Part shown: one piece after another, positions 1-10,262 of the stretch
Position numbering within the stretch: the stretch's first letter is position 1
Layout of the letters: each line of letters opens with the position of its first letter
Assembly: GCA_022729315.1 (NCBI GenBank)
Contig: JALDAF010000002.1
Location: 1-47,532, forward strand
From: Candidatus Nanohalalkaliarchaeum halalkaliphilum
GTDB taxonomy: Archaea; Nanohalarchaeota; Nanosalinia; Nanosalinales; Nanohalalkaliarchaeaceae
Direction of reading: 5' to 3'
DNA: 47,532 nt
Translations under genes and position numbers: made by a program
The notes under the pieces: generated by a model
What the model saw: only the letters and a program-made list of their open reading frames with translations
Told to the model about the DNA's origin: nothing
Databases searched by the model: none

Positions 1-279
1 CAGGTGGAGCACCTGGCGCCGCACCGTGACCTGGACGAAGGGGTGTTGCGGACGCTGGCGTTGATCGCGTACAACACCCCTGTGAAGCAGTCAGAGGTGA
101 TCGATGTCCGTGGGAACCGGGCGTACGGCCAGATCAAGGAGCTGATAAACCGCGGGTTCGTGGATGCGGAGAAGGATGGCCGGACCAAGGTGCTGGAAGT
201 GACAGACCACTTCCTCGAATACTTCGAGCTGGACGCGCCAGACGAGTTCGCGATGCAGGAGGAAGACACGGCGCTCTGA
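1..279 (+). CDS. scpB: SMC-Scp complex subunit ScpB (5' truncated by window)
   Basis: Frame open from base 1; LRTLALIAYNTPVKQSEVIDVRG...IKELINRGFV...GRTKVLEVTDHFLEYF matches the ScpB C-terminal winged helix. Confidence 0.9.
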   Translation, partial: QVEHLAPHRDLDEGVLRTLALIAYNTPVKQSEVIDVRGNRAYGQIKELINRGFVDAEKDGRTKVLEVTDHFLEYFELDAPDEFAMQEEDTAL

Positions 280-300
280 CGGTTAACCGGTGTTTGTCAG

Positions 301-1050
301 TTACCGTTTATCCGGGTCCTCTAACTTAAACCAGCGATCCGTCTTCCGTCGCCTGATGTCCCGCACGTTCTGGCCGATGATAATGAACGAGATCATAGTG
401 AACATGAGTTCGTACCCGTTGCCAAACACCGGGAGCACGATCTCGACGTCACGCATCCTCCGTTCCGTATCCGGCGGATCCTCAACTGTATCAGGGTCGT
501 CAACAGTCTCGGCGTCTTCCGGTTTGTCTTCCACTACTTCAGGCTCTTCTGGTTCCTGGATCAGCGACATGTAGCGTCTGTCCTCGACCGTCCCCAGTTT
601 CCACTCCGCCTCCTCTCCGATAAATGACTGTTCTACACCGGTCTCCGTGGATATGACGAACACCCCTGTCAGGAAGAAGAACTGGTCGTACACCGGCCAG
701 AACAGGTTCACCCCGCTTTCAACCAGGTCCAGTCCGATATGGGCGAAGGCAATCACAAATATGCATGTCCAAACCACGCGTTCTCCTTCCGGGCCCCAGT
801 GCCGTTCAAAAAAATCTGTATCCCTGACGTATACGAGGTAGAACATGATCAATGCCGGGATTACAACGATCCATATATTGTGCAGTACTGTCCTGTGCGC
901 TCCCGGAAACCATATCTCCAGAAACATGTCGACATCCGGAAAGATCGCCGCCGTCACCACCGCCAGCAACGCCCATTCATCGAAGTCATCTCCCAGTATC
1001 GCACGGCCGATCACGGCACCGACCGCGGCATGAACGATGATCGACGGCAT
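301..1050 (-). CDS. Membrane-bound metal-dependent hydrolase (YdjM/LexA-binding family)
   Basis: N-terminal H, FPDVD, HRTVLH and AHIGLD motifs with TM helices; acidic Pro-rich loop before the last TM helix. Confidence 0.8.
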   Translation of the reverse strand: MPSIIVHAAVGAVIGRAILGDDFDEWALLAVVTAAIFPDVDMFLEIWFPGAHRTVLHNIWIVVIPALIMFYLVYVRDTDFFERHWGPEGERVVWTCIFVIAFAHIGLDLVESGVNLFWPVYDQFFFLTGVFVISTETGVEQSFIGEEAEWKLGTVEDRRYMSLIQEPEEPEVVEDKPEDAETVDDPDTVEDPPDTERRMRDVEIVLPVFGNGYELMFTMISFIIIGQNVRDIRRRKTDRWFKLEDPDKR

Positions 1051-1167
1051 ACCTTTACCTCACCTTCACTCCCATATCTTTCTTTCGGCCGGCCACGCTG
1101 TCTTTCGCTGAACGGGACGCTTTCAGGGATGGCAGGTTTAAAATGCTGTTTATACCATTGAACCGGT

Positions 1168-3135
1168 ATGAAGGAAGAGATCGCAAGCATGGATCTGGTC
1201 GGACTGGTGCAGGAGCTGCAGGTGCTGGAGGAGGCACGGATCGACAAGTTCTACCAGCGGGACAACGAGCTGATCATCCATGTGTACAAGCCGGGAGACC
1301 AGAAATACCGGTTGTTCCTGACGGACGGGAAGGCGTTCCTCACCAGGTTCAAGCGGGAGATGCCTGACCAGCCACCGTCGTTCTGCATGTATCTCCGGAA
1401 ACAGCTTGGCGGCCGTGTGATCCAGGAGATCAAGCAGTACGGCTTCGACCGGATCCTGGAGATCCATACGGAAGAGCATGTTCTGATCTGTGAGCTGTTC
1501 CGGAACGGGAACTTCATCCTCGTCAAGAAGAACATGGCGGTGGAGAATGCGATGACGTACGGGGATGCGTCCGGCGGCCGCAGTATTCAGAAGGGAGAAC
1601 AGTACGAGTACCCGTCCGCAGACCAGAGTGGGATCCGGGAGGACGAACTGTTTGAGGATAACGCGGAGGACAAGATCGTCGTGGTACTGGCCTCTGAAGT
1701 GGGACTGGGCGGAAGCTGGGCGGAGGAGATGTGTGCCCGTGCCGGGATCGATAAGAACACGCCGGCCGGCGAGTTAACCGAGGAACAGCGCGATACCATC
1801 ATCGAAACCGTCAATGATGCGTTCAAACAGCTGAAAAACGGACCGCTTCAACCCACGGTATACTACGAAGTGGATGAGGACGGTGAGCTGCCGATAGCCG
1901 CCACACCGGTACCGTTCAAAACCTACGCCGAGGATGCGGACAGCACACGGGAATTCGACACGTTCTCCCGTGCACTGGACATCTACTTCACGGAGAAGGA
2001 GAAGGCCGAGTATGTCCGGAAGAAAACGAAAGCGTACCGGGAGCGGAAGGAGGAGCTTGAGCGGCGGCTGGACCAGCAGGAGCGGAAGGTCGAGGGGATG
2101 AAGACCGCTATCGAGGAGAACAGGGAGAACGGCGACATCATCTACGAGAACTACTCGGTCGTGGAGGACGTGATCGACACGGTGCGGACCGCGCAGAAAC
2201 AATACGATAACGATGAGATAGAGGAACGGTTGAACAGTGAGAAGGCGAAGGGGATCCCCGAGGCCGAGGCCATCGAACGGCTGGACCTCCACCAGCAGGA
2301 GGTTGTGCTGGACCTGGGGAAAGAGATACGGATCGATATTACCAAAGATGTGGAGCGGAACGCGGAATACTACTACGAGCGCTCCAAGAAATCCCGGGAG
2401 AAACTGGACGGCGTGCGGAAGGCGTTGAAAGAGACCAGGCAGGAGCTGGAGAACCTGGAGGAGACCGATGTGGACGTGGAGGACGCGTTCCGGGACAAGG
2501 AAGAGAAGAAAGCCGAAAAGCAGTGGTACGAGAAGTTCCGGTGGTTCTACTCCAGCGACGGCTTCCTCGTGATCGGCGGCCGGGACACCACCTCCAACGA
2601 CATGCTGGTCAAGAAATACATGGACGAACACGACATCTACGTCCACGCCGAGTTCACCGGCGCACCATCGGTCGTGATCAAGACGGACGGCGAAGACGTG
2701 CCCGAATCTACACTGGAAGAGGCTGGACAGTTCGCCGTCACGTTCGCCCGGTCATGGAAGGCCGGCGTCACCGCCGAAGACGCGTACTGGGTGCACCCCG
2801 ACCAGGTCACACAGGAAGCGGAGAGCGGCGAATTCCTGCCGAAGGGAAGTTTCGTCATCCGCGGCGACCGGAACTACATGCGGAACCTTCCGGTGAAAGG
2901 CGCGATCGGTGCATACGAACGGGACGACGGCGTCGTGGCCATGGGCGGCCCTGTGGACGCGGTCAAGGACCAGTGCAGCCACTACGTGGTGATCGAACAG
3001 GGGCAGAAAAAGCCGTCAGACGTGGCAAAGAACATCCAGCACCACCTCCATACGCAGACCGGAGAGGATTTCGACCTTGACCGGATCATCCGCGCACTGC
3101 CACCAGGGAACAGCCGGGTGGTGGAAAAGCAGTAA
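1168..3135 (+). CDS. rqcH: Ribosome quality-control protein Rqc2/RqcH (NFACT family)
   Basis: PPSFCMYLRK, FDRI, ELF..GN, coiled coil, WYEKFRWF..SDGFLVIGGRD, GEFLPKGSFVIRG. Confidence 0.93.
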   Translation: MKEEIASMDLVGLVQELQVLEEARIDKFYQRDNELIIHVYKPGDQKYRLFLTDGKAFLTRFKREMPDQPPSFCMYLRKQLGGRVIQEIKQYGFDRILEIHTEEHVLICELFRNGNFILVKKNMAVENAMTYGDASGGRSIQKGEQYEYPSADQSGIREDELFEDNAEDKIVVVLASEVGLGGSWAEEMCARAGIDKNTPAGELTEEQRDTIIETVNDAFKQLKNGPLQPTVYYEVDEDGELPIAATPVPFKTYAEDADSTREFDTFSRALDIYFTEKEKAEYVRKKTKAYRERKEELERRLDQQERKVEGMKTAIEENRENGDIIYENYSVVEDVIDTVRTAQKQYDNDEIEERLNSEKAKGIPEAEAIERLDLHQQEVVLDLGKEIRIDITKDVERNAEYYYERSKKSREKLDGVRKALKETRQELENLEETDVDVEDAFRDKEEKKAEKQWYEKFRWFYSSDGFLVIGGRDTTSNDMLVKKYMDEHDIYVHAEFTGAPSVVIKTDGEDVPESTLEEAGQFAVTFARSWKAGVTAEDAYWVHPDQVTQEAESGEFLPKGSFVIRGDRNYMRNLPVKGAIGAYERDDGVVAMGGPVDAVKDQCSHYVVIEQGQKKPSDVAKNIQHHLHTQTGEDFDLDRIIRALPPGNSRVVEKQ

Positions 3136-3182
3136 CTCCTTACCGTCAGCTACGCCCTGACAGCCCGTACTAAATCCTGATT

Positions 3183-3854
3183 CTATGGGAGCCGCGGTTC
3201 TACAACCGCCCATATTTCTTCGTGGATCTCTTCCGGTGGGCGCAGCGCGTCCGTGCCATCGATCTGTGACCAGCACCAGCCGTGCTGGAGCGGGTCGATA
3301 CGGCGCCATCCTTCTCGTTCCGCGATCTCTCGGTACGCTGCCTTGACCTTGCGGAGGTACGTCATGTCGGCCTCGTGCTTGTCCCTGTTCCGGCCCTGGA
3401 GCTGCATCAGTTCGCGGCACTGCTTGATCGGCATGTCCACATACAGTACCGTGTCCGGCTGCGGAAGATCCTGTTCCTGGGTCTTCAGCCATTCGATGAA
3501 CTGCCAGCGCTCCTGTCGTGGCATGTGCGCGGTCTGGTACGCGTAGTTGGACTGGGCGTACCGGTCCGTCACAACGATCTTTCCCTCCTGTAACGCCTGC
3601 TGCAGCCTGTCCTTCATCTGGCGGCGGTCAGCGATGTAGAGTTCAGCCAGTGCCTCGGTTGTCAGTTCGATCGCGTCCTCGCCCTGCAGGTAGTTACGGA
3701 GCTTCCGGCCTGCCTCGGTCTGCTCGTACGCCGGGAAGTCCTGTGCAAACACGTCATACCCGTTCTCCTTCAGCCGGTCAACGAGCAGGTTCCATTGTGT
3801 TTCTTTCCCTGACGCATCCGGCCCTTCAATATTGATGAACCGTCCTTCCCCCAT
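3183..3854 (-). CDS. tmk: Thymidylate kinase
   Basis: FINIEGPDASGKETQ P-loop, DRY..SN.AYQ; start moved to ATG at 3854. Confidence 0.92.
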   Translation of the reverse strand: MGEGRFINIEGPDASGKETQWNLLVDRLKENGYDVFAQDFPAYEQTEAGRKLRNYLQGEDAIELTTEALAELYIADRRQMKDRLQQALQEGKIVVTDRYAQSNYAYQTAHMPRQERWQFIEWLKTQEQDLPQPDTVLYVDMPIKQCRELMQLQGRNRDKHEADMTYLRKVKAAYREIAEREGWRRIDPLQHGWCWSQIDGTDALRPPEEIHEEIWAVVEPRLP

Positions 3855-3934
3855 GGTGGACTGTGGGAAGCGCTGGCATAAAAACTTCACTGCACCCGGA
3901 CCTATTTCAACCGGCACACCCTACCTGTACAGTG

Positions 3935-4576
3935 ATGAGTGAGCGAGAGTACGTGCTGGAGCATGCGACCGAGACCGAGCCTGCCGGTGAACAGGACTAC
4001 GTGGGCCGGATCGGTCAGGAAACTGACGCGGATACGGTAGGAACACTGGAAACGTACCTTGAGAAGGGACGGAACTATGTGCTGGACGTTGCCAGCGGCA
4101 GCGTCTCCATTGCAGAGATGTGTGCACCGGAGATCGCTGCCAATGATATGGAGTACGATGAACGGGAGAACGCGGTCCGGTACCGGTTGACAGACGATTC
4201 CTCGACAGCAACCCTGTACCGGCAGATCGTTCCCAGTTACCTGCACCGGGACAGTATTGACGACGAGAAGGCCGATGCGGTGGTTACCGGTATAACGTAC
4301 GGTCTCTGGATGGCCGGGCAGACCCAGGGTGTCGGACTGCCTGTCCCAGCTGACACGATGATGGATCAGGAAGACTTCGAGGAGACCGTTGAGCAGGCGG
4401 TGCACGACCGTGTGGACGAGACGGATGCGGAGTACATCATCATCGAGACCGATCACGGATGGACGCGGGAGCTACCTGCCACTCCGGAGAACGAGGAACA
4501 CGTTGCAGAAGACGCCACGCAGTACATGACCGAGGAACTGGAATCCGGCCAGGGGACGAAGCAGGACTCCCCGTGA
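3935..4576 (+). CDS. Hypothetical acidic protein, possibly a divergent macrodomain
   Basis: Acidic 213-aa ORF divergent from tmk; C-terminal half loosely follows the macro-fold pattern (fold call is weak). Confidence 0.65.
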   Translation: MSEREYVLEHATETEPAGEQDYVGRIGQETDADTVGTLETYLEKGRNYVLDVASGSVSIAEMCAPEIAANDMEYDERENAVRYRLTDDSSTATLYRQIVPSYLHRDSIDDEKADAVVTGITYGLWMAGQTQGVGLPVPADTMMDQEDFEETVEQAVHDRVDETDAEYIIIETDHGWTRELPATPENEEHVAEDATQYMTEELESGQGTKQDSP

Positions 4577-4582
4577 TGACTG

Positions 4583-5686
4583 TTATTCGATGTGTCTGTC
4601 CGCGATATCCTTTGCGGTCGCAACGTGCGTATCCCGGGAGGATCGTGTTCCCACGCCACTGCCCTCGTACAGTTCAGGATCAGATTTGAGGCAGCTTCCT
4701 GCGGTTCGTATGTGCTCGTTGACCGTACCGTTCTCCCATACCGTCTCCGGGAGCGTGTCCCTGCCGTGCACCGTCCAGTCGATCACGTCCCGCAGCAGGT
4801 CCGCGTCCAGTTCGGGTGTCCGTGAATCTGCCTGGAACGCTGCCAGTGCCTTCCAGTACCGCTTCCCGTTCCCATCTTGATCATCCACACCGTACCGGGA
4901 CCAGTCAATATCTGTTCCATTATCTGGGTTTTCCACCGCTGTCACGGCGTACCCCGCGTTCTGTGCAGCATCCTGTGTGGTCTCGGAGGGGTGCTGTGGC
5001 GAACGCCCGTTCGTGTTCTCATCGACCGTGACATCCATATCCAGCACCTGGTAGAAGTCCACGGTGAACGCCTCCTGCATGGCCTCCTGAAGCCCGTCCG
5101 ATACGGCGGGAGGCTGCTCCAGCGTCTTGTTATGCTGCGTCATCTTGTCTGCAAGATCACTGGCGATAACCTGTTTGGCTTCGGGCCGGTTCTTGCCTTC
5201 AACACGCTTCCGCACATACTGTTCATCGATATCGACGCACATCCCCAATGCGGTACACGCTTCCTCGATCTGTTCCACGTATGATGCGCTATCCTCCCCG
5301 TACTCCCCATCTAACCCGTGGTCCGTGAGAAACCGGTCAAGCAGTTCAGCGTGTTCACCGACTTTTTGCTGCAACAGGTTGAACTGGCGCTCCCACCGCT
5401 TCAGTTCTGCATCGGTCGACCGGTACTCCCGTAACAGGTATTCGGCAAACTCCTCTGGATCCTCATCGATCTCAGGATATAGTGAATGGGCAGGCTCAGA
5501 TAGTTCTCCGTACCGGAGTGCTGCCGCGTGCACCGGGTCAAACGTGTCCTTCTCTGCTTCCTCTGTGTACTGCAGCGCGTCAATGACCGGATCCATTTTA
5601 CGGCGCTGAACCAGTGATAGCTCTTCGTAGCGTGCATCGCCGCCAAACAGTGCTGACGCAGTCTCATAGTTCATGTTTTCTGTCAT
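4583..5686 (-). CDS. Hypothetical acidic protein with helical/coiled-coil N-terminal half
   Basis: 367-aa acidic ORF; no family motif recognised. Confidence 0.75.
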   Translation of the reverse strand: MTENMNYETASALFGGDARYEELSLVQRRKMDPVIDALQYTEEAEKDTFDPVHAAALRYGELSEPAHSLYPEIDEDPEEFAEYLLREYRSTDAELKRWERQFNLLQQKVGEHAELLDRFLTDHGLDGEYGEDSASYVEQIEEACTALGMCVDIDEQYVRKRVEGKNRPEAKQVIASDLADKMTQHNKTLEQPPAVSDGLQEAMQEAFTVDFYQVLDMDVTVDENTNGRSPQHPSETTQDAAQNAGYAVTAVENPDNGTDIDWSRYGVDDQDGNGKRYWKALAAFQADSRTPELDADLLRDVIDWTVHGRDTLPETVWENGTVNEHIRTAGSCLKSDPELYEGSGVGTRSSRDTHVATAKDIADRHIE

Positions 5687-5819
5687 AACGATCCGCCCTC
5701 CCGTGGACCATACAGCACTCGAACCGTACAGTTAAATCCATGTCTTTCTCCACAAGAGAAACTACCGGATGACAGACTTCCCGAGAACCCTTAAAACACT
5801 TCAACCGTCACGTATACGT

Positions 5820-8147
5820 ATGCAGGTCTCCTCCCTGACCGACCACGGTATCCCTGAAACCGTCACAGATACATTGACGGAGAACGGTATCACCGAGCTC
5901 AACCCGCCGCAGGAGCAGGCGGTCAAAAAGGGACTGCTGGACGGGGAGAGCCAGGTCGTGTCATCCCCGACAGCATCCGGGAAAACGTTGATCGCCACGC
6001 TCGCCATCTCCAAACTTTTGGAGACCCGGGAGAACGATCAGCAGAAGGCTATCTACCTTGTGCCGTTGAAGGCCCTGGGCTCCGAGAAATACAGTGATTA
6101 CCAGGAATTCTTCGATACAACCTTCGACGATGTGGACGTGGCACTGTCCGTCGGTGATAAGGACTCCGGTGACCGTTGGATCGAGCACAAGGACCTGATC
6201 ATCATGACCGTGGAGAAACTGGATGCGCTGCTCCGGCACAACCCGACATGGATCAAGGAGGTGGACCTGGTTGTGGTGGACGAGATCCATCTGCTGAACT
6301 CGGACAGCCGCGGCCCAACGCTGGAGGTCACGCTGACACGGCTCAAGGAACTGATGGAGTTCCAGCTCCTGGGCCTTTCCGCCACCGTGAAAAACTCTCA
6401 GGAACTGGCAGACTGGCTGGACTGTACACTCGTGGAAAGCGACTACCGCCCCGTTGACCTGAAGGAGGGTATCCACTGGAACAGCGAGATCACGTTCTAC
6501 GACGGCGACATCGACCTACCAAATAATGATACGGACAACGACAGTGCGTTCGTACGCGGGACCAAGAAACGTGCGGAAAAATCGGCACGGGACGCGATCG
6601 AGGACAGTACAGACACCGTGTCCATCACCGGGCAGCACAGGCACGCGACACAGAACCTGCTGCAGGATGCGCTGGACCGGGGCAACCAGCAGATTACCTT
6701 CGTCCGCAGCCGGAAAAGCGCCGAGTCCGAGGCCGAGAAAAGTGGTGAGGTGGTCACCGAGGAGCTGGGCCGGGAGGAGCAGCAGGAACTGGAGGAGCTA
6801 TCCGATAAGATCAGGAACGTGTTGGGTTCGCCGACCAAGCAGTGCAGAAGATTGGCGCGGTGCGTGAAGGACGGGGCCGCATTCCACCATGCCGGGCTGC
6901 TGTCACAGCAGCGGAGCCTGATCGAGGACGCGTTCCGGGACGGCCTGATCAAGAGCGTGTCCGCCACTCCCACTTTGGCAGCAGGCGTCTCTCTCCCTGC
7001 GTACCGGATTGTTATCCGGGATGTGAAGCGGTACACGGACGCCGGACTGAACTTTATACCGGTCATGGAGTACAAGCAGATGGCAGGCCGTGCGGGGCGG
7101 CCGGAACATCACGACGAGGGACAGGCCATCGCGGTCGCGAAAAACTCGGGGGACGTGGAGGATATCCGGGACCGGTACGTTCTGGGCGATCCCGAACAGA
7201 TCTACTCCAAGCTGGCGGTGGAGCCGGTGCTGCGGATGCACGCGCTCGGGCTGATCGCCACCCGGTTTGTCGCCGACTTTGATGAGCTGGTCAGCTTCTT
7301 CGACAGCACGTTTTACGCCCACCAGTACGGTGACGCGGAGGAGGTTGAGAACAAGCTGCAGACCGTGGTCGAGACACTGGACGAGTACGGGTTCGTCGCC
7401 ATCGAGGACGGTGACGGTCTGCGGCCGACCAGTATCGGGAAACGCGTCGCAGAGCTGTACATCGATCCGTACACCGCGCACCGACTGCTGGAGAACATGA
7501 AGGAGGCACGGAAACGGAAGAGCAGTGACCGGTCCGTTCCTGATATCGCGTACCTGCACATGCTGTGCGCCACGATCGAGATGAAGCCGCGGCTCCGGAT
7601 CCGTGACAACGAGATGGTGGATGTGGAGGATATGCTGGGCCAGGTCGAGACACGGCTGCTGGAGGATGTGCCGAAGCCGTGGGATGACCTTGACTACCAG
7701 CGGTTCCTCAAGAGTTTGAAGACCGCGATGATGCTGAACGCGTGGATAATAGAGATGGAGGAGGACGATATCATGGACCGGTTCACGGTCACACCGGGCG
7801 GGGTTCGGTACAAGGTGGAGAACGCGGACTGGCTGCTGTACGCCTGTGAAGAACTGTGCACACTGAAAGAGTGGAAAGAGGTCAGATCGGACGTGTCCAA
7901 GCTGCGGACACGGATGAAGCACGGGATCAAGGAGGAGCTCCTGTCACTGGTCCGGTTCAAAGGTATCGGCCGCGTCCGGGCCCGTGCACTGTACAAGCGA
8001 GACATCACCACCGCCAAGGACATCCGGGATGCAGACTTCAACACACTGAAGAGTGCTATCGGGAAACGGACTGCCGAAAAACTGAAGGAACAGGTCGGAC
8101 AGGACGACGTGTTCGACAGGGAGAACATCCTGGACTACTTCGAGTAG
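5820..8147 (+). CDS. hel308: Ski2-like SF2 DNA helicase Hel308
   Basis: LNPPQ Q-motif, PTASGKT, DEIH, SAT, HHAGL, TPTLAAGV, QMAGRAGRP, C-terminal HhH KGIGRVRAR; start at ATG 5820 after CTTAAA. Confidence 0.95.
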   Translation: MQVSSLTDHGIPETVTDTLTENGITELNPPQEQAVKKGLLDGESQVVSSPTASGKTLIATLAISKLLETRENDQQKAIYLVPLKALGSEKYSDYQEFFDTTFDDVDVALSVGDKDSGDRWIEHKDLIIMTVEKLDALLRHNPTWIKEVDLVVVDEIHLLNSDSRGPTLEVTLTRLKELMEFQLLGLSATVKNSQELADWLDCTLVESDYRPVDLKEGIHWNSEITFYDGDIDLPNNDTDNDSAFVRGTKKRAEKSARDAIEDSTDTVSITGQHRHATQNLLQDALDRGNQQITFVRSRKSAESEAEKSGEVVTEELGREEQQELEELSDKIRNVLGSPTKQCRRLARCVKDGAAFHHAGLLSQQRSLIEDAFRDGLIKSVSATPTLAAGVSLPAYRIVIRDVKRYTDAGLNFIPVMEYKQMAGRAGRPEHHDEGQAIAVAKNSGDVEDIRDRYVLGDPEQIYSKLAVEPVLRMHALGLIATRFVADFDELVSFFDSTFYAHQYGDAEEVENKLQTVVETLDEYGFVAIEDGDGLRPTSIGKRVAELYIDPYTAHRLLENMKEARKRKSSDRSVPDIAYLHMLCATIEMKPRLRIRDNEMVDVEDMLGQVETRLLEDVPKPWDDLDYQRFLKSLKTAMMLNAWIIEMEEDDIMDRFTVTPGGVRYKVENADWLLYACEELCTLKEWKEVRSDVSKLRTRMKHGIKEELLSLVRFKGIGRVRARALYKRDITTAKDIRDADFNTLKSAIGKRTAEKLKEQVGQDDVFDRENILDYFE

Positions 8148-8215
8148 TCTCCTGTACCGCACCCTGAAACCTTGCGCTGCAAAATGTATTTTAAGAGAAG
8201 CGATAAATGTAATGT

Positions 8216-8557
8216 ATGGCCGATGCAACTCTGCTGATCCACCTGTTCGGGTTCACGATCGGTGTAATCGCGGTTATGATGCTTATCTTTCAGGCAGTGC
8301 TCCTGGGCAGGGATGACTGGAGTATCCTCTCCGTCCGGTTCTTCCTGAAGCAAAAGACAACGGAAGAGTATCACATGTTTATCCTGTACAGCGTGGCTAT
8401 CGCCGTGGTTGCATTAACGGCCAACCATCTAGTTACCTTTTTCGAGGGATATACGGCTCTTGGCACCATCCTCCAGTTCACCTCAACCATCTTCCTGACA
8501 CTCACCGTGCTCTATCTCTACGAGATGCAGGAACATCTCAGCATCCCCCGCAAATGA
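8216..8557 (+). CDS. Small membrane protein (about 3 TM helices)
   Basis: Hydrophobic 113-aa ORF with AT-rich upstream region. Confidence 0.7.
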   Translation: MADATLLIHLFGFTIGVIAVMMLIFQAVLLGRDDWSILSVRFFLKQKTTEEYHMFILYSVAIAVVALTANHLVTFFEGYTALGTILQFTSTIFLTLTVLYLYEMQEHLSIPRK

Positions 8558-8620
8558 ACCTCCATCACGGACCTGTACAGCCGGTAACTTTAAGGCTTGA
8601 CAGGTAACAACTACTGTTGT

Positions 8621-9256
8621 ATGGAGCGGCTGGTCTATCTGAACACGGTTGACGGGATCGAACAGTTCCTGGAGCGGGCGGCGTGGCACGGTGTGGACGG
8701 GATAGAGGTCGACATCACGGACATGTCGGAGGAGGACTATATTCTTGCGAAAGGATACCTGCGGAACTGCGTGATCCCAACGGAGAGCATGCATTACGAG
8801 CGGACCGGCACCATCTCATTGAAGGAGTGGGAGCTGTTCAAGAGCCAGCTGGAGATGATGGTGGAACGTGCCGACGAGCTGAACTGCGACACGCTCAGTG
8901 TACACCCACCGCGTGTGGAGAAGGAGACCTCGAACACGGTAAAAGACCTGCAGGAGTTCATCGAACAGGTGGATGCGTATGCGGCCGCGGCAGACATCAA
9001 GCTCTGCTTCGAACTCACCGGGTTCATGAAGGACCCGCAGATGATCAACGCAGGATTCGATTCGCTTGAAGACCCTGATCTGGGAGTGATGATCGATCTG
9101 GACGCCATCACCGCCGGCGTAAACCCACTGAGCATCCTGCAGAAACTGGATGTGGAGATCCACAAGGTCCGGTTCCCTGTCCCCCTGAAACGCATGGAGG
9201 ACGAGTTCAACCTGGGATCGGATAACGTGGCGGTCGTCGCCGCCTCGATCGAATAG
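8621..9256 (+). CDS. Xylose isomerase/AP endonuclease 2-like TIM-barrel protein, metal ligands degenerate
   Basis: GVDGIEV, ADELNC..LSVHP, IKLCFE, LGVMIDL pattern; TTTAAG box ~25 nt upstream of ATG 8621. Confidence 0.65.
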   Translation: MERLVYLNTVDGIEQFLERAAWHGVDGIEVDITDMSEEDYILAKGYLRNCVIPTESMHYERTGTISLKEWELFKSQLEMMVERADELNCDTLSVHPPRVEKETSNTVKDLQEFIEQVDAYAAAADIKLCFELTGFMKDPQMINAGFDSLEDPDLGVMIDLDAITAGVNPLSILQKLDVEIHKVRFPVPLKRMEDEFNLGSDNVAVVAASIE

Positions 9257-9318
9257 CCCATCACCGCCTCGAATAAGAATTTTCTACAGTATATCAAGGT
9301 TCTGTTCGATATCTGGGT

Positions 9319-9364
9319 TCTGCGAAGCAGATACTGGTTGTGACAGGACTTAGTATAAGTCCTG
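9319..9364. repeat. Two adjacent triloop hairpins between convergent genes
   Basis: TCTGC-GAA-GCAGA (9319-9331) and perfect 9-bp CAGGACTTA-GTA-TAAGTCCTG (9344-9364). Confidence 0.7.
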
Positions 9365-9398
9365 GATATGCGACTTCCTACGGATGCCGCATGTTGAG

Positions 9399-10127
9399 TC
9401 ACTCGTAGAGAGACTCAAACACCCACTGGAACTTGTGTGGGCGGTTGAGGAATCCAAGACGGTTCGGTGTCTCGATCAGTTTGTACATGGGTTCGTCCTG
9501 GGTGATACGGAGGTCTGGTACGTCCTCCGGTGTGGCGAACCGGATGGCCGGGACGGAGTCGTAGCTGTTGTTCCTGATGAATTCGCCGGCGATGGTCTCG
9601 TAGTATGCGCCGCCACCCTTCTCCACCATGTCCTCATACCGTGATTCGAACTGTGTGGACACCCAGTTCGCCATGGTGAGCGGGTTGTCCCCGGCGTTGA
9701 TTGTGATATGTCCGTATCCTGGAGGGATGATGACCGTGTCACCGGCTTCTGCCTTGACCACGATCACGTCTTCAACCGTTTCACCGCCTGTTTTCTGAAG
9801 CATGAAGTGTGCCCTGCCATCCATAACCTCGTACATCTCCGGGTATGGCACGCCCTGCCGCGCTTCGGGATGGTAGTGGCCTTTCGTCTTGATGCGTTCC
9901 CGGCCGAGCGGCGAATCGTTCATCACGGTTATGTCGAACCGGAGGTTGTGGTCACGGATCGTGTCCAGATGCTGGTCGTGGTACAGGTCGCGGTACATGT
10001 AGTACAGTGGACGGTTCTGTGCGCTATGTGCGTAGTCCGTGTCCAGCAGCAGGCCGCGCATATCGTCCAGTTCACGGACGTCCGGTTCACGTTCCACGTC
10101 TCCAAACTTCAGTGTCCGGCCAAGCAT
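9399..10127 (-). CDS. pgi: Cupin-type glucose-6-phosphate isomerase
   Basis: LYYMYRD, LRFDITV, KTKGHYHP..YPEMYEV..G, IPPGYGHITIN, KGGGAYY. Confidence 0.88.
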   Translation of the reverse strand: MLGRTLKFGDVEREPDVRELDDMRGLLLDTDYAHSAQNRPLYYMYRDLYHDQHLDTIRDHNLRFDITVMNDSPLGRERIKTKGHYHPEARQGVPYPEMYEVMDGRAHFMLQKTGGETVEDVIVVKAEAGDTVIIPPGYGHITINAGDNPLTMANWVSTQFESRYEDMVEKGGGAYYETIAGEFIRNNSYDSVPAIRFATPEDVPDLRITQDEPMYKLIETPNRLGFLNRPHKFQWVFESLYE

Positions 10128-10130
10128 GGA

Positions 10131-10145
10131 TACGACAGTGGAGTA
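10131..10145. promoter_or_regulatory. Candidate TrmB operator upstream of pgi
   Basis: TACGACAGTGGAGTA between TATA and start; resembles the haloarchaeal TrmB motif TACT-N7-8-GAGTA and the site upstream of gap. Confidence 0.3.
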
Positions 10146-10262
10146 CGAAACATAAAAGACTATTGTATCAGCACACCCCGTTCATACTCTTCGCACGGTT
10201 TTCACCGTCCAGAACGGTGTTACCGGAGAAAAATAAAGGGGAAAATGTGGCGGGAGAATACC

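Noticed and set aside
4075..4105. SAM methyltransferase motif I (VLDVASGS)
   Set aside because: No convincing downstream methyltransferase motifs
6500..6630. Intein in hel308
   Set aside because: Only a ~30-aa charged loop with no C/S...HN splice motifs
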